From the NCBI GenBank assembly GCA_958352145.1, contig CATWNM010000007.1, positions 5,865-69,864 of the forward strand: 64,000 bases of DNA. Direction: 5' to 3'. This document shows, piece after piece, positions 40,145 to 50,407 of this stretch (within the stretch, counting starts at the first letter, position 1; the number at the start of each line of letters is the position of its first letter). The translations under genes and the position numbers were made by a program. The notes under the pieces are model-generated. The model did not search any database. It was not told the DNA's origin and was given only the letters and a program-made list of their open reading frames with translations. This DNA is from an uncultured Eubacteriales bacterium. Lineage in GTDB: Bacteria; Bacillota; Clostridia; Oscillospirales; CAG-272.

Positions 40145-41542
40145 TCAGGCGAGAATATCGCCAATCTCATGAAATCCGCTGTGTTTGGTGACGACGATGA
40201 CCGTATCGCCGGGAAGAATGCAGTCGTGCCCGCTGGGGATGATAATTTTGCCGCGCCGGTTGATGCAGGCGACCAAGAGATCTCGTTTTAAAGGAAGTGC
40301 CATAATCGGCTGATTGGCCACAGGCGCGTCCTCCGTGATCCGGAACTCGATAGCTTCGGCGCGGTTATCGAAAATATGGTACAGCGTTTCAATATTGCTG
40401 CCGAGCGAATTTTGCCGGGCGCGCGCATAGGCGATGATCGACTCTGAGGTGATGTACCTCGGATAGACTACGCTGTCCATATCCAGTCCGGCGATCACGT
40501 CGTGAAAATTGGTTCTGTTGATTTTGGTGATGACCTTGGCGTCCGTTGTTTTTTTGGCGTACAGCGTGAGCAGAATGTTTTCTTCGTCGATATTGGTGAT
40601 CGGGACGAAAGATTCGGTTTGTGCAAGTCCCGACTGCATAAGCAGGCTTTCGTCCGTGCCGTCGCCGCAGATAATCAGCGCGCGGTCGAGCAGAGACGCA
40701 AGTTCCAAGCAGCGCTCGGAGCGCTGTTCGATAATTTTGACCTCGATCCCGGTGTCCAAAAGCTGCTTGGCCAAATAATAGGAGATTTTGCCGCCGCCCA
40801 CGATCATGGTGTTGGAGACTTTCCGCGTTTCGATGGCGGCTTTTTTAAAGAATTTTTGCGCGTTTTGCGCCGTGGCGATAAAGGAAACGATGTCGCTTTC
40901 CTGAAACACGAACGCGCCGTTCGGGATTGTAAGCTGTCCCTCTCGCTCGACGGCGCAGATCAGAAGGCCATTTGAAAAAATTTCCTGCAGATCCATGATC
41001 GCCTTTCCGCAGAGGATGTTTTTTTCTGGAATCTTGAATTGGATCAGTTCGGCGTGACCTCTGGCAAAGGAATTGATACTGATTGCGCCGGGCAGGCGAA
41101 GCAGTCTCGCAATTTCGTTTGCGGCTTCCAGTTCCGGATTGATAATCATGGAAAGGCCGAGTTTTTCCCGTATGTAGCCGAGTTCGTCGCTGTAATCAGG
41201 CGTGCGGACGCGCGCGATCGAAGCGCAGTTCCCGACTTTTTTCGCCATGGTGCAGCAGAGCAGATTCAATTCGTCGCTGTCTGTGACGGCGATAATCAGA
41301 TCGGCGCTTTCAATGCCGGCTTCCATCTGTACGCTGTAGCTCGAGCCGTTGCCCACGATGCCCATTACGTCGTAGGTGCTCGAAATTCGATTGACAATTT
41401 CCGCATTTTTGTCAATGACGGTGATATGATGGCCTTCTTTGCTGAGCCGCTCCGTGATGGTTGTGCCGACATTGCCGCCGCCGACGACAATGATATTCAA
41501 GGTGCGCTTTTCGGCTTTGCTTAGTTTATCAAGTATGGACAT
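40145..41542 (-). CDS. trkA: Trk system potassium uptake protein TrkA (two RCK units)
   Basis: 465 aa. Two Rossmann motifs (IIVVGGGNVGTT and MIVGGGKISYYL), each followed by an RCK_C-like segment. Confidence 0.9.
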   Translation of the reverse strand: MSILDKLSKAEKRTLNIIVVGGGNVGTTITERLSKEGHHITVIDKNAEIVNRISSTYDVMGIVGNGSSYSVQMEAGIESADLIIAVTDSDELNLLCCTMAKKVGNCASIARVRTPDYSDELGYIREKLGLSMIINPELEAANEIARLLRLPGAISINSFARGHAELIQFKIPEKNILCGKAIMDLQEIFSNGLLICAVEREGQLTIPNGAFVFQESDIVSFIATAQNAQKFFKKAAIETRKVSNTMIVGGGKISYYLAKQLLDTGIEVKIIEQRSERCLELASLLDRALIICGDGTDESLLMQSGLAQTESFVPITNIDEENILLTLYAKKTTDAKVITKINRTNFHDVIAGLDMDSVVYPRYITSESIIAYARARQNSLGSNIETLYHIFDNRAEAIEFRITEDAPVANQPIMALPLKRDLLVACINRRGKIIIPSGHDCILPGDTVIVVTKHSGFHEIGDILA

Positions 41543-42404
41543 TTTGCTTCTTCACTTCCTCTTTTTCAAAGACGCAGACGACCATTTTTACAAACAATTC
41601 TCGAAGACCGGGGACTTTCGCGGGCGCGCGCAGGATATTTCGCAGCGGAATCTGCCGGTAATATGCAGGGCGGATGCCCATTTCGGACAGAATTTTATGA
41701 AAACGCCGGATCGTCATATGATTGATGTAAGAGAAATATTCGGTTCCGTCTTCGCGCGGTGAGATGCGGAACGCAATCCGGGCGTCGCCGTCCGGAACCT
41801 GTTTTGCAAGTTCTTTGTATGCCTCGACCAAAACCGGTTCGGAGAAAAAGAGATGCACCCACGGAATGTAAATCAGATCGCTCAGATGCGCGCCGAACGG
41901 ATGGTTATATGGGGGAAAGTTGACAAACAGCCGTCCGCCTGGACGCAGGATGCGCATGGTTTCGGCCAGCACTGCTTCCGGCTTTGCGACGTGTTCCATC
42001 GCGTCGTTCATGATAATTGTATCGACGCTGCCGTCGGCAAAGGGAAGCGCCGCGGCGTCGGCGCAGACAAATCGGAATTTATCGGTCAGGCCGAGCTTTT
42101 TCGCCAAGGCGTCCGCTTCGGCGCGGTATTTTTCGAGGATCTCCACGCCGATGACCTCTTTTGCGCCGCGCGAGGCGTAATACAGTGATTTCCCGCCTGC
42201 GCCGCAGCCGATATCCACGACGGTCTTGCCGGCGAACATTTCCGCCTCCGTATACCGTTCCAAATAAAATTTGATGGTTTGTGCACCCTTTTCATACTGC
42301 CACATGGCGTAGGATTTTACACCGTCGTTTTGCAGATTCAAAGGATGTACGGGCGGTTTGAAAAAACGATTGCACCAGAGGAGAAATCGGGTTCTTTTTT
42401 TCAT
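41529..42404 (-). CDS. Class I SAM-dependent methyltransferase
   Basis: 291 aa. SAM motif I VVDIGCGAGG and post-I/II motifs (VIGVEI, DTIIMNDAMEHV). Confidence 0.8.
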   Translation of the reverse strand: MKKRTRFLLWCNRFFKPPVHPLNLQNDGVKSYAMWQYEKGAQTIKFYLERYTEAEMFAGKTVVDIGCGAGGKSLYYASRGAKEVIGVEILEKYRAEADALAKKLGLTDKFRFVCADAAALPFADGSVDTIIMNDAMEHVAKPEAVLAETMRILRPGGRLFVNFPPYNHPFGAHLSDLIYIPWVHLFFSEPVLVEAYKELAKQVPDGDARIAFRISPREDGTEYFSYINHMTIRRFHKILSEMGIRPAYYRQIPLRNILRAPAKVPGLRELFVKMVVCVFEKEEVKKQNVHT

Positions 42405-42405
42405 G

Positions 42406-43581
42406 TTATTTTATCCTTACAAGTGTGCTTAGTCCTTCGGCCAGCGCGCTGCAGAGCGCGTCCGCTTCGTCTGTGGTATTTTCATGCGATAGGCTGACGC
42501 GGATCGTGCAGTCGGCTTCGCGGCTGCTTTTTCCAAAAGAGGTCAGCGAGCGGCTGATTTTTTTGGTGTGCGAGGAGCAGGCGGAACCGCTGGAAACGCA
42601 GATATGCTTTCCGGAAAGAAAATTCAGCATGGTTTCGCTTTTGATGTCCGGCAGCGTCAGACTGAGGATGTGGGGCGCGGCGCATTTGGGTTCATTGATC
42701 CAAATTTCCTGGAGTGCCGGCGTATTCTTCAGACACTGACAGATATGATTTCGGATCGTTTCCATGCGGATGCGGTTTTCATCAAAATGCAGGGCGCCGG
42801 TTTGCGCCGCCGCTCCGAAGCCGGCGATGCCCGGCATATTTTCGGTACCGGCCCGAAGGCCGTTTTCCTGCTGTCCTCCATGGATTATGGGGCAGATTGC
42901 GCGGCGTTTCAGCGCTTCGGCGGAAATATAGAGCGCTGCTGCGCCTTTGGGGCCGTGGATTTTATGCGCGCTCACCGTAATCAGATCCGCGCCGAGGCTT
43001 GCCGGGGAAAATTTAATTTTTAAAAAGCCCTGTACGGCGTCGCAATGACAGAGAATATCCGGCCGAAACGCTTTTGCTGCGGCAAACATCCGCTCTACCG
43101 GGTAGACCGCGCCGGTTTCATTATTGACCAGCATAGAGGAAATCAAAACCGTATCTTCAGTCAGCGCAGCGCTGAGTTCGTCAAAGCGAATTTCGCCGCC
43201 CGTGGTGGACAGGCGTACGACGTCGGCGCCAAGCGTTTCCAGATACGCGGCTGAGGCTTCGATTGAGGCGTGTTCGCCTTCGGTTAGGATGACCCGCGGC
43301 CGTCCGCGCCTTTTTTTTGCGGTATAGCTGCCGATGAGCGCGAGGTTATTCGCCTCGCTACCGCTGCCGCAGAATACGAGACACCGGCTGTCTGGCGGCG
43401 CGCCCAGCGCAGAAAGCACTTCGGTGCGCGCCCGGTTCAGGACTTTTTCGGCGCGCAGTCCGGCGGCGTGCAAGGACGACGGATTGGCAAACGCCTCTTC
43501 CATAACTTCGCGGACGGCGGCTTTGGCTTCTTCGCAGGGCGCCGTTGTGGCGCTGTTGTCGAAGTAAATCTCGCTGTTCAT
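42406..43581 (-). CDS. Cysteine desulfurase (NifS/IscS-like class V aminotransferase)
   Basis: 391 aa. IYFDNSATT, PLP-lysine motif SAHKIHGPKG and active-site Cys loop SSGSACSS. Confidence 0.88.
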   Translation of the reverse strand: MNSEIYFDNSATTAPCEEAKAAVREVMEEAFANPSSLHAAGLRAEKVLNRARTEVLSALGAPPDSRCLVFCGSGSEANNLALIGSYTAKKRRGRPRVILTEGEHASIEASAAYLETLGADVVRLSTTGGEIRFDELSAALTEDTVLISSMLVNNETGAVYPVERMFAAAKAFRPDILCHCDAVQGFLKIKFSPASLGADLITVSAHKIHGPKGAAALYISAEALKRRAICPIIHGGQQENGLRAGTENMPGIAGFGAAAQTGALHFDENRIRMETIRNHICQCLKNTPALQEIWINEPKCAAPHILSLTLPDIKSETMLNFLSGKHICVSSGSACSSHTKKISRSLTSFGKSSREADCTIRVSLSHENTTDEADALCSALAEGLSTLVRIK

Positions 43582-44111
43582 GCGATGAAGCGGAAAGCGC
43601 CGACCGCTGCCTGCACGTCTTCGATATGCCGCTCGAAATTATCCGCGGAGGAAGTATAGGTCAGCACATAAGCAAACCCGTTTTTTAGGCATATGACCTG
43701 GAGAAAGCTGTAATTTGTGCCGCCAAAGGAAGCCGAGTACTCATACTGCATCGCGTTGTTTCCGTCGAGCAAAAGATTGGATGAAGCCACATTCTGCATA
43801 TCGCCGAAGACGTCTGCAAAAGTTTTTTCATAGGTTTTAAAATACGTTTCCGCATCCGGTATGGATGCATCCACGCCGTATACGTTGACCGTCAGGCTGG
43901 AGGGATCGGCTATGGAGTGATAGGCGCTGGTAACGCCGGTAGAAAGGTCAACGACCCAACTTTCCGGTACGAACAGGCAGTAATCCACGACCGCTGTGTC
44001 CGAGGCGAGTTTCATGCCGACCGGCGCTTCAAATTCCTCGGTTTTGCCGCAGGCGGCAAGCATTGCAAAGAGGATCGCGCCGGTCAGACAAAGAGATAAA
44101 AATTTTTTCAT
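43578..44111 (-). CDS. Lipoprotein of unknown function
   Basis: 177 aa. Signal peptide plus lipobox (MLAAC). No recognisable catalytic motif. Confidence 0.6.
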   Translation of the reverse strand: MKKFLSLCLTGAILFAMLAACGKTEEFEAPVGMKLASDTAVVDYCLFVPESWVVDLSTGVTSAYHSIADPSSLTVNVYGVDASIPDAETYFKTYEKTFADVFGDMQNVASSNLLLDGNNAMQYEYSASFGGTNYSFLQVICLKNGFAYVLTYTSSADNFERHIEDVQAAVGAFRFIA

Positions 44112-44120
44112 ATGTAAACC

Positions 44121-45386
44121 TCACGTTTTAAATTTAAGAAGTTCTGCGGCGGCGGAAAGCACACCGATTTTGCCGCTCTCATAGGTCAGACCGCCCTGCA
44201 TATAGACGGTATAGGGCGGACGGAGAGGGCCGTCTGCCGAAAGCTCGATGGAAGAGCCGCCGGTAAACGCGCCGGCCGCCATGATTACGGGGTCGGAATA
44301 GCCGGGCATATCCCAAGGCTCAGGCGAGACGAATGCGTCCACGGGGGAACCGGCTTGGAGGCCGCGGCAGAACGCGACCAGCTTGTCCGGTGCGCCGAGC
44401 TTGATTGTCTGAATGATGTCATAGCGCCGCTCGTTCCATCGCGGAGAAGCTTCATAGTCGAGCTTTTCAAAAATGTACGCGGCAAAGTGCGCGGTTTTGA
44501 GCGCCTGCGCAACGGTATGCGGGGCGTAGAACAGACCGCGGAACATATTTTTCGTCTGACCGAGCGTCGCGCCGATTTCAAGGCCGACGCCGACGGCCGT
44601 CAGACGGTATCCGGCAAGCTCGACTGCCCGCTGTGTCCCCGCGATATAGCCGCCCGATTCCGCCATGCCGCCGCCTGGATTTTTAATCAGCGAGCCGATG
44701 ATCATGTCCGCGCCGGCGGCCGCCGGTTCGGTTGTTTCCACAAATTCTCCGTAGCAGTTGTCTACGACGATGTAAGCGTCGGACACGGAACGGATCAGCC
44801 GGCAGGCTTCCCCGATCTCCGCTGTGGAAAGTGTTGGCCGGTTCAGGTAGCCTTTGGAGCGCTGGATAAAAACCACTTTGATCTTTTCGCCGTTTTTGAG
44901 CAGGTTTTCCCGTATTGCAGGAAGATCGAGCTTGTCGTCTTTCAGATCGGTCTGCATATAGGTGACGCCAAAGTCGCGCAGTGAGCCGCGTCCCTCGGCA
45001 CCCGCGGTGCCGATCACTTCATCCAGCGTGTCATAGGGCTTGTCCGCAATTGAGTACAGAATGTCGCCGGGGCGGAGCAGGGCGTACAGCCCGATGGCAA
45101 GCGCGTGCGTGCCGCTGGCGATGCTGTGGCGGACAAAGGCGGCCTTGGCACCCATGACATCGGCGTAAATTTTATCCAGCGTGTCCCGGCCTTTGTCGTC
45201 ATAACCGTATCCGGTGCTCGGCGCAAACATCGCTTCGCTTACGCGGTAGCGGCGGAAGGCGTCCAGGATTCTCTGTGTGTTTTGTTCGGAAACCGCGTCG
45301 ATCTCCGAAAAAATTTCAGTCAGCGCGGTTCCGGCTTCCTTTGCCAGTTGTAAAAGCTTTGTTTCCACTTTAAATTCCTTCTTCAA
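44121..45386 (-). CDS. Aluminium-resistance/YnbB-like PLP-dependent (Met gamma-lyase family) protein
   Basis: 421 aa. The N-terminus ...QRILDAFRRYRVSEAMFAPSTGYGYDDKGRDTLDKIYA is characteristic of this family. Confidence 0.75.
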   Translation of the reverse strand: MKKEFKVETKLLQLAKEAGTALTEIFSEIDAVSEQNTQRILDAFRRYRVSEAMFAPSTGYGYDDKGRDTLDKIYADVMGAKAAFVRHSIASGTHALAIGLYALLRPGDILYSIADKPYDTLDEVIGTAGAEGRGSLRDFGVTYMQTDLKDDKLDLPAIRENLLKNGEKIKVVFIQRSKGYLNRPTLSTAEIGEACRLIRSVSDAYIVVDNCYGEFVETTEPAAAGADMIIGSLIKNPGGGMAESGGYIAGTQRAVELAGYRLTAVGVGLEIGATLGQTKNMFRGLFYAPHTVAQALKTAHFAAYIFEKLDYEASPRWNERRYDIIQTIKLGAPDKLVAFCRGLQAGSPVDAFVSPEPWDMPGYSDPVIMAAGAFTGGSSIELSADGPLRPPYTVYMQGGLTYESGKIGVLSAAAELLKFKT

Positions 45387-46359
45387 TCAGTTTGAGGGCG
45401 AGCGCCTCGCAGGCACGCGCATCGTCCAGATCCGCGATTTCGTTTATGGTTTGCGTATAGCGCGCGGGAATAGTCAGCGCGGCGGCGGCGCATCCTGCGC
45501 GCGCGCTTTGAATAGCGGCCGCATCCGTACTTTTGGACGCGGAGACGATGGGCTGCACGGGAATTTTTTCAAGCTTTGCGAGTGTAAGCAGCCGGTTGGA
45601 AAGCTGCATATCGCATAAAGTCTGGGCGTCTTTTATCAGAATAGCCGCACCGCCGCCAAGACAGGGGGACGCGTCTTTCCCGGCGGCATCCCCAGCGGGA
45701 GACAGGTCAAAGACGAGCGCAAGATCCGGCTCGACGGTAAAAGCGGCGGTTTTCGCACCGCGGTGTCCCGCTTCTGCCTGCGTGGTAAAAACAAAATATA
45801 TGTCGTCTTGGGGCGGCGGGAGTTTTTTCGCGATGTCGAGCAGAATTGCGCAGCTGATCCTGCAAAGCGGCTGCCCGCCGATCCTTGTATGGCTGAGGCG
45901 GCAGAGCGACGGCGAAAATGCAAAACGTTCCCCCACCTGAACGCGGCGCATTGCGGCGCGGCGGTCTTTTGCACCGATATCAATATACATGCAGTCGGGC
46001 GCGTATTCTTTTAGCTCCGTATGTCCGGCGGGCGCCAGCACGCCGCGCACACCGCGTTCGGATTGTACGCAGGCGAAAGCCGCGGCAGTCAGATCCATGT
46101 TCCCAATTTTGCCGAAGCGGAGCAGGCCGCATTCTTCAATATAGGTTACGATCAGACCGGCCGTGTCGGTGTGCGCCGCGAGCATGATTTTTTTGGGGGC
46201 GGCGCTGTTGCCATGGCGGACGGCGATCAGGTTTCCGAGCGCGTCGGTATGCATTTCGTCGGCAAATGGGGACAAGCTTTTTTCTATTTCACGGCGCAGC
46301 GCCTGCTCGCCGCCGGATACGGCGGCGTGCGCGGTCAATTGTTTCAGGATTTGATACAT
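45370..46359 (-). CDS. M42 family metallopeptidase (glutamyl aminopeptidase/TET-like), paralog 3
   Basis: 329 aa. AVSGGEQALRREI...LAAHTDTAGLIV is the M42 pattern. Confidence 0.85.
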   Translation of the reverse strand: MYQILKQLTAHAAVSGGEQALRREIEKSLSPFADEMHTDALGNLIAVRHGNSAAPKKIMLAAHTDTAGLIVTYIEECGLLRFGKIGNMDLTAAAFACVQSERGVRGVLAPAGHTELKEYAPDCMYIDIGAKDRRAAMRRVQVGERFAFSPSLCRLSHTRIGGQPLCRISCAILLDIAKKLPPPQDDIYFVFTTQAEAGHRGAKTAAFTVEPDLALVFDLSPAGDAAGKDASPCLGGGAAILIKDAQTLCDMQLSNRLLTLAKLEKIPVQPIVSASKSTDAAAIQSARAGCAAAALTIPARYTQTINEIADLDDARACEALALKLIEEGI

Positions 46360-47432
46360 AGCGTCTCCTCGGATTTGAAATGATCTAGATTCTCCAGAAC
46401 GGCCAGCAGCAATGCGCGCATGGAGAAGTAGTCCTCTCGGTCAATTACGCAGGCAGGCGAATGCAGGTACCGGGTCGGCGCTGAAAGCGCCATCGTGCGG
46501 ACACCCGCGCCGCTTCTCTGAATATGCCCCGCGTCGTTGCCGCCCGAAACGTATTGCTTGATTTGAAACGGGATGCCCGCATGCTTTGCCGTCTCTATGG
46601 CAAAGCCGGTCAGCGCGCGGTCGTAAATCGTGCTGCGGTCCAGAAGCGAGATCACGCCGCCCTGACCCAAAGCGGCGACTCGTTTTGCGGGCGGCACTTC
46701 GGCAATGTCGGCGACCGCCGTGGTCTCCAGCACCACGGCAAGCTGGGGCTCGATGCGCTTCGCCGCGGTTTTTGCGCCGGACAGGCCGGTTTCCTCGCGC
46801 ACGCTGAAGCAAAAATAGAGATCGTAAGCGCCGCGTTGCGGCGCGGCATACAGCTTTCGCATGGTTTCAATCATCAGCGCGCAGCCCAGCCGGTCGTCGA
46901 TCGCTTTGCCTTTGACGAGCCTATCTGCTTCGCCGAACGCTGTAAATTCCGAGTCGAACACAGCAATGTCGCCGACGCCGCACAATGCTTGTGCTTCTTC
47001 GCGGCTGTGCGCGCCGATGGAAATATACATGTTCTCTTTTTTCGCGTAGGCTTCCCGTTCTTCTGCGCTTTGGAGGTGGATCGGCTTTGAAAGGATCACG
47101 CCGGACAGGGAAGGCGCGTTTTCGCGCAGGATCTGAACCCGCTTGCCGCAGAGCACCGCATCGTCGATCCCGCCGAGCGCGCCGAATTTCAAAAAGCCGC
47201 TGGGCGTGATATCCGTAATCATAAAGCCGACTTCGTCCATATGTGCGCTGAGCATGACGCGTCCGCGCCCGCTGCCGCGGATGACCGCGGTCAGGCTGCC
47301 GAGCACATCGCAGGAATAGGTGTCGCAGCAATCCTTGATTTCTTGTTCGATCGCGTTGCGCACCGCGTCCTCAAAGCCGGACGGCCCGTCGGCTGCGCAC
47401 AGCGCACGCAGCAGTTCGATTCCTTCATACAT
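46344..47432 (-). CDS. M42 family metallopeptidase, paralog 2
   Basis: 362 aa. GPSGFEDAVRNAI...LSAHMDEVGFMIT...DDRLGC. Confidence 0.88.
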   Translation of the reverse strand: MYEGIELLRALCAADGPSGFEDAVRNAIEQEIKDCCDTYSCDVLGSLTAVIRGSGRGRVMLSAHMDEVGFMITDITPSGFLKFGALGGIDDAVLCGKRVQILRENAPSLSGVILSKPIHLQSAEEREAYAKKENMYISIGAHSREEAQALCGVGDIAVFDSEFTAFGEADRLVKGKAIDDRLGCALMIETMRKLYAAPQRGAYDLYFCFSVREETGLSGAKTAAKRIEPQLAVVLETTAVADIAEVPPAKRVAALGQGGVISLLDRSTIYDRALTGFAIETAKHAGIPFQIKQYVSGGNDAGHIQRSGAGVRTMALSAPTRYLHSPACVIDREDYFSMRALLLAVLENLDHFKSEETLCIKS

Positions 47433-48474
47433 GGGCGTATACCTCGCTCAGCTTTTCGGACGCGTACAGCGCCGAAAGCAGCTTTGCCGCGGCCAGAATA
47501 TCGTCGGTGCAGGCGGTCTCGGCGGCGGTGTGCATGTTTAAAATCGGTATGCTGATGGTGGCGGTCGGTATCCCGCCGTGTGTGAGCGTCAAAAGGTCGG
47601 AGTTTGTGCCCGTGCGCTCGGGTTCCGCCGTTTTGCAAAGCGGAATGCCCGCCTGTTTTGCAAGCGCATAAATATGCGCGGCAAGCGCGCGTTGGTTTGC
47701 GGCCGTAACCGAGAGCATCAGTCCCTCGCCGAGGGCGGGGGTGTGCGCGGGCAGTTCCGGGCAGTCGGGCGCTCGGGCAAAGCCGGTGTCGAGAATCAAG
47801 GCAAGATCGGGACGGATGCCGTATGCCGCAGTAAATGCGCCTGCGCCGCCCAGTTCTTCCCGCGCGGACAGGCAGAGGTAGAGATCAAAGCAAAGCGACA
47901 GATCTGAAACTGCAGCCGAAAAGAGCGCCGCGGCGCAGGACGCTTTGTTGTCCAGCCCTTTGCTGCATACGCAGTTTCCCGAAAGCTTTGTGAATCGCGG
48001 CGCATAGCCGACCGGCGAACCGACGCGGATCAGCGTTTCGAGTGTTTTTTGATCGTAGCCCGTATCAATCAAGAGTTCGCCGATTTTGGGCGCTTTGCCG
48101 CGGTCTGCCGCGCTCTTTAAGTGCGGTGGCGTGGAGGCGACGACGCCGAAAACCGGTTTTTTGCCGTATATGATTACATCGCCCGCCTGCATGGCTTTTG
48201 CGTCGAGTCCTCCGAGATTGGCCGCGCGCAGGAAGCCGTCCGGCAAAATTTCGCTCACCAGCATGCCGACTTCGTCAAAATGCGCGTCTACCATCAGCTT
48301 CGGCGCATTCGGGCGCGCGCTGCGGCGGACAAAGATCAGGCTGCCGAGCGGCGTTTCAAATTGTTCGTCGAAATATGCGCCAAACGTATCAAAAAGCGTT
48401 TTTTTAGCCGTATATTCGCTGCCGGACACGCTCATTTGGGTACACAGCAGCCGGAGCAGTTCTTGAATTTCCAT
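47425..48474 (-). CDS. M42 family metallopeptidase, paralog 1
   Basis: 349 aa. SVSGSEYTAKK...VDAHFDEVGMLVS...LDNKASC. Confidence 0.85.
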   Translation of the reverse strand: MEIQELLRLLCTQMSVSGSEYTAKKTLFDTFGAYFDEQFETPLGSLIFVRRSARPNAPKLMVDAHFDEVGMLVSEILPDGFLRAANLGGLDAKAMQAGDVIIYGKKPVFGVVASTPPHLKSAADRGKAPKIGELLIDTGYDQKTLETLIRVGSPVGYAPRFTKLSGNCVCSKGLDNKASCAAALFSAAVSDLSLCFDLYLCLSAREELGGAGAFTAAYGIRPDLALILDTGFARAPDCPELPAHTPALGEGLMLSVTAANQRALAAHIYALAKQAGIPLCKTAEPERTGTNSDLLTLTHGGIPTATISIPILNMHTAAETACTDDILAAAKLLSALYASEKLSEVYAHV

Positions 48475-48477
48475 GTT

Positions 48478-49878
48478 TTAATCCTGAAAGGCATTTACGA
48501 TTTCTTTGAATTTTTGGCCGCGCGCCTCAAAGTTGCAAAAGGCGTCGAACGAGGTGCAGGCGGGGGAGAGCAGAACGGTGTCCCCCGGGGCGGCCAAAGT
48601 GCGCGCCGCCTGCACTGCGTTTGTAAAATCTTCTTCTATCAGTATGGGAAGTTTGCCGGGTTTATATTCGGGTGCGTTCTGTACGGCGGCCAGAATCTGA
48701 TCTTTTGCCTCGCCGGTCAGAATCAGCGCTTTGGCGCGCCGCAGAATTTCGGATGCAAGGCTATCGAACGGGACGTGTTTGTCGCGGCCGCCGCAGATCA
48801 AAATCGGCTTTTGCGGATAGGCGCCGAGCGCCGCCATCGTGCGTGAGGGAGAAGAGTCAATAGAAGAGTTATAGTATTTTACGCCGCCGCATTCCCGCAC
48901 GAATTCGTTGCGGTGCTCTACGCCGCCAAAGCTTTTGGCAAGCGCAGTCACATCCTCGTGGCCGGCGTATCCGAGCGTTAGACCGATCGCGCACATATAG
49001 TTTGCTATGTTGAAGTGACCGGGCAAACGAATGTCAGCGCAGCGCAAGAATGGCTCGCCATTGACTGTGATCACGCCGTTCGAATCGCAGATCATCGCTT
49101 TTGCAGAGCGTTCGGAAGACGTTGGTTCCAAAGAAAATACGATTTCCTCAGCGCCGGTTTTGCCGATCTGCGCCGCAGTAAGCGCGTTGTCGGCGTTGAG
49201 CACTACGCGCTTTGTGCCGTGTTTATATACGTTCAGTTTCGCTTCTGTGTATTCCGCCATGTCCGTATGCCAGTTCAGGTGATTTGGCGTGATGTTGGTA
49301 ATCGCTGCGGCAAACGCCGATTTTTGCATGGTCATCAGCTGGAAGCTGGACAGTTCCACCACGGCAAAGTCCTGTTCGGTCATCTCTTCAACGTGCGGAA
49401 GCAGCGGCGCGCCGATGTTGCCGCCGACATAGACCTTTCTGCCACGTCCCTCTCTTGCGGCTGCTGCCTCTAACATCTTATAGGTCAGCGTGGTCGTGGT
49501 GGTTTTACCGTCCGAGCCGGTAACGGCAAAGATTTTTGCGGGACAAAGCTCGAAAAACAGTTCCATTTCGGAAGAGAGGCGCGCGCCGTTTTTTACGGCG
49601 GCCACGATTTCCGGCAGATCCGGGCGGATGCCGGGCGACCGGAAGAGAATATCGCCGTCAAGGCTGTCGAGGTAGCGCGCGCCGCAGACGAACTGCACGC
49701 CGCGCGCGGCGTATTGAGCAAAAGGTTCTTTTGAGGGATCTATATCGCGCAGGTCGCGTGCTGTGACGCGCGCGCCGTGACGCAGCAGATAGTCGATTAG
49801 GGGCAGGTTGGAGACGCCGAGGCCGAGAACGGTGCAGCGTTTCCCGAAAACGTCGTAGGACAAAATCAAAGACCTCAT
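48478..49878 (-). CDS. murD: UDP-N-acetylmuramoyl-L-alanine--D-glutamate ligase
   Basis: 466 aa. VLGLGVSN Rossmann-like N-terminus, P-loop VTGSDGKTTTT and Mur ligase C-terminal domain. Confidence 0.9.
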   Translation of the reverse strand: MRSLILSYDVFGKRCTVLGLGVSNLPLIDYLLRHGARVTARDLRDIDPSKEPFAQYAARGVQFVCGARYLDSLDGDILFRSPGIRPDLPEIVAAVKNGARLSSEMELFFELCPAKIFAVTGSDGKTTTTTLTYKMLEAAAAREGRGRKVYVGGNIGAPLLPHVEEMTEQDFAVVELSSFQLMTMQKSAFAAAITNITPNHLNWHTDMAEYTEAKLNVYKHGTKRVVLNADNALTAAQIGKTGAEEIVFSLEPTSSERSAKAMICDSNGVITVNGEPFLRCADIRLPGHFNIANYMCAIGLTLGYAGHEDVTALAKSFGGVEHRNEFVRECGGVKYYNSSIDSSPSRTMAALGAYPQKPILICGGRDKHVPFDSLASEILRRAKALILTGEAKDQILAAVQNAPEYKPGKLPILIEEDFTNAVQAARTLAAPGDTVLLSPACTSFDAFCNFEARGQKFKEIVNAFQD

Positions 49879-49947
49879 TTCTGCGTAAAAATGCTATACA
49901 AAATCATTATATTATTTTACGCGGTCAAAAGCAATACAAAACGGCAA

Positions 49948-49976
49948 AAAAGACCGGCGGCATTTGCCGCCGGTCC
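49948..49976 (-). terminator. Rho-independent terminator of rnpB
   Basis: On the minus strand, GGACCGGCGGCAAATGCCGCCGGTC is followed by T6. Confidence 0.7.
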
Positions 49977-49977
49977 T

Positions 49978-50360
49978 GCAACGCGGGGTTGTAAGCCGAG
50001 TTCTGTTGACGAAAAATCGTCCCGCAGTCATCTATCTTTGCAGGCCGTTGCCGGCCTGCTCGGGTATAAAAATACCGCTGCCACCTGGGAAAATGTGCCG
50101 GGCAGGCACTGCCTTTCGGCATTTCCCATACGGTGTTGCTTCGGATAGGGTTTACAGTTGCACACAGTTGCCTGTCGTGCCGGTGAGCTCTTACCTCGCC
50201 TTTCCATCCTTACCGCTTGCGCGGCGGTCTATTTCTGTTGCACTTTCCCTAAGGTCGCCCTCGGCGGACGTTATCCGTTATCCTGCCCTGTGAAGCTCGG
50301 ACTTTCCTCGCGATAATACCTTTCGGCGACATATCGCGCGACTGCGCCGCCCGGTTGCGC
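49978..50360 (-). ncRNA. rnpB: RNase P RNA (bacterial; probably type A, as usual for Clostridia)
   Basis: The reverse complement contains the universal motifs GAGGAAAGTCCGAGC (50288-50302) and ACAGAACTCGGCTTACA (49991-50007). P1 pairing GCAAC-CGGG / CCCCG-CGTTGC defines the ends to within about 5 nt. Confidence 0.88.
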
Positions 50361-50407
50361 TGTCATTATAAACGTTTTTCCCGGCTTTGTCAAGGCTATG
50401 GACGCTT

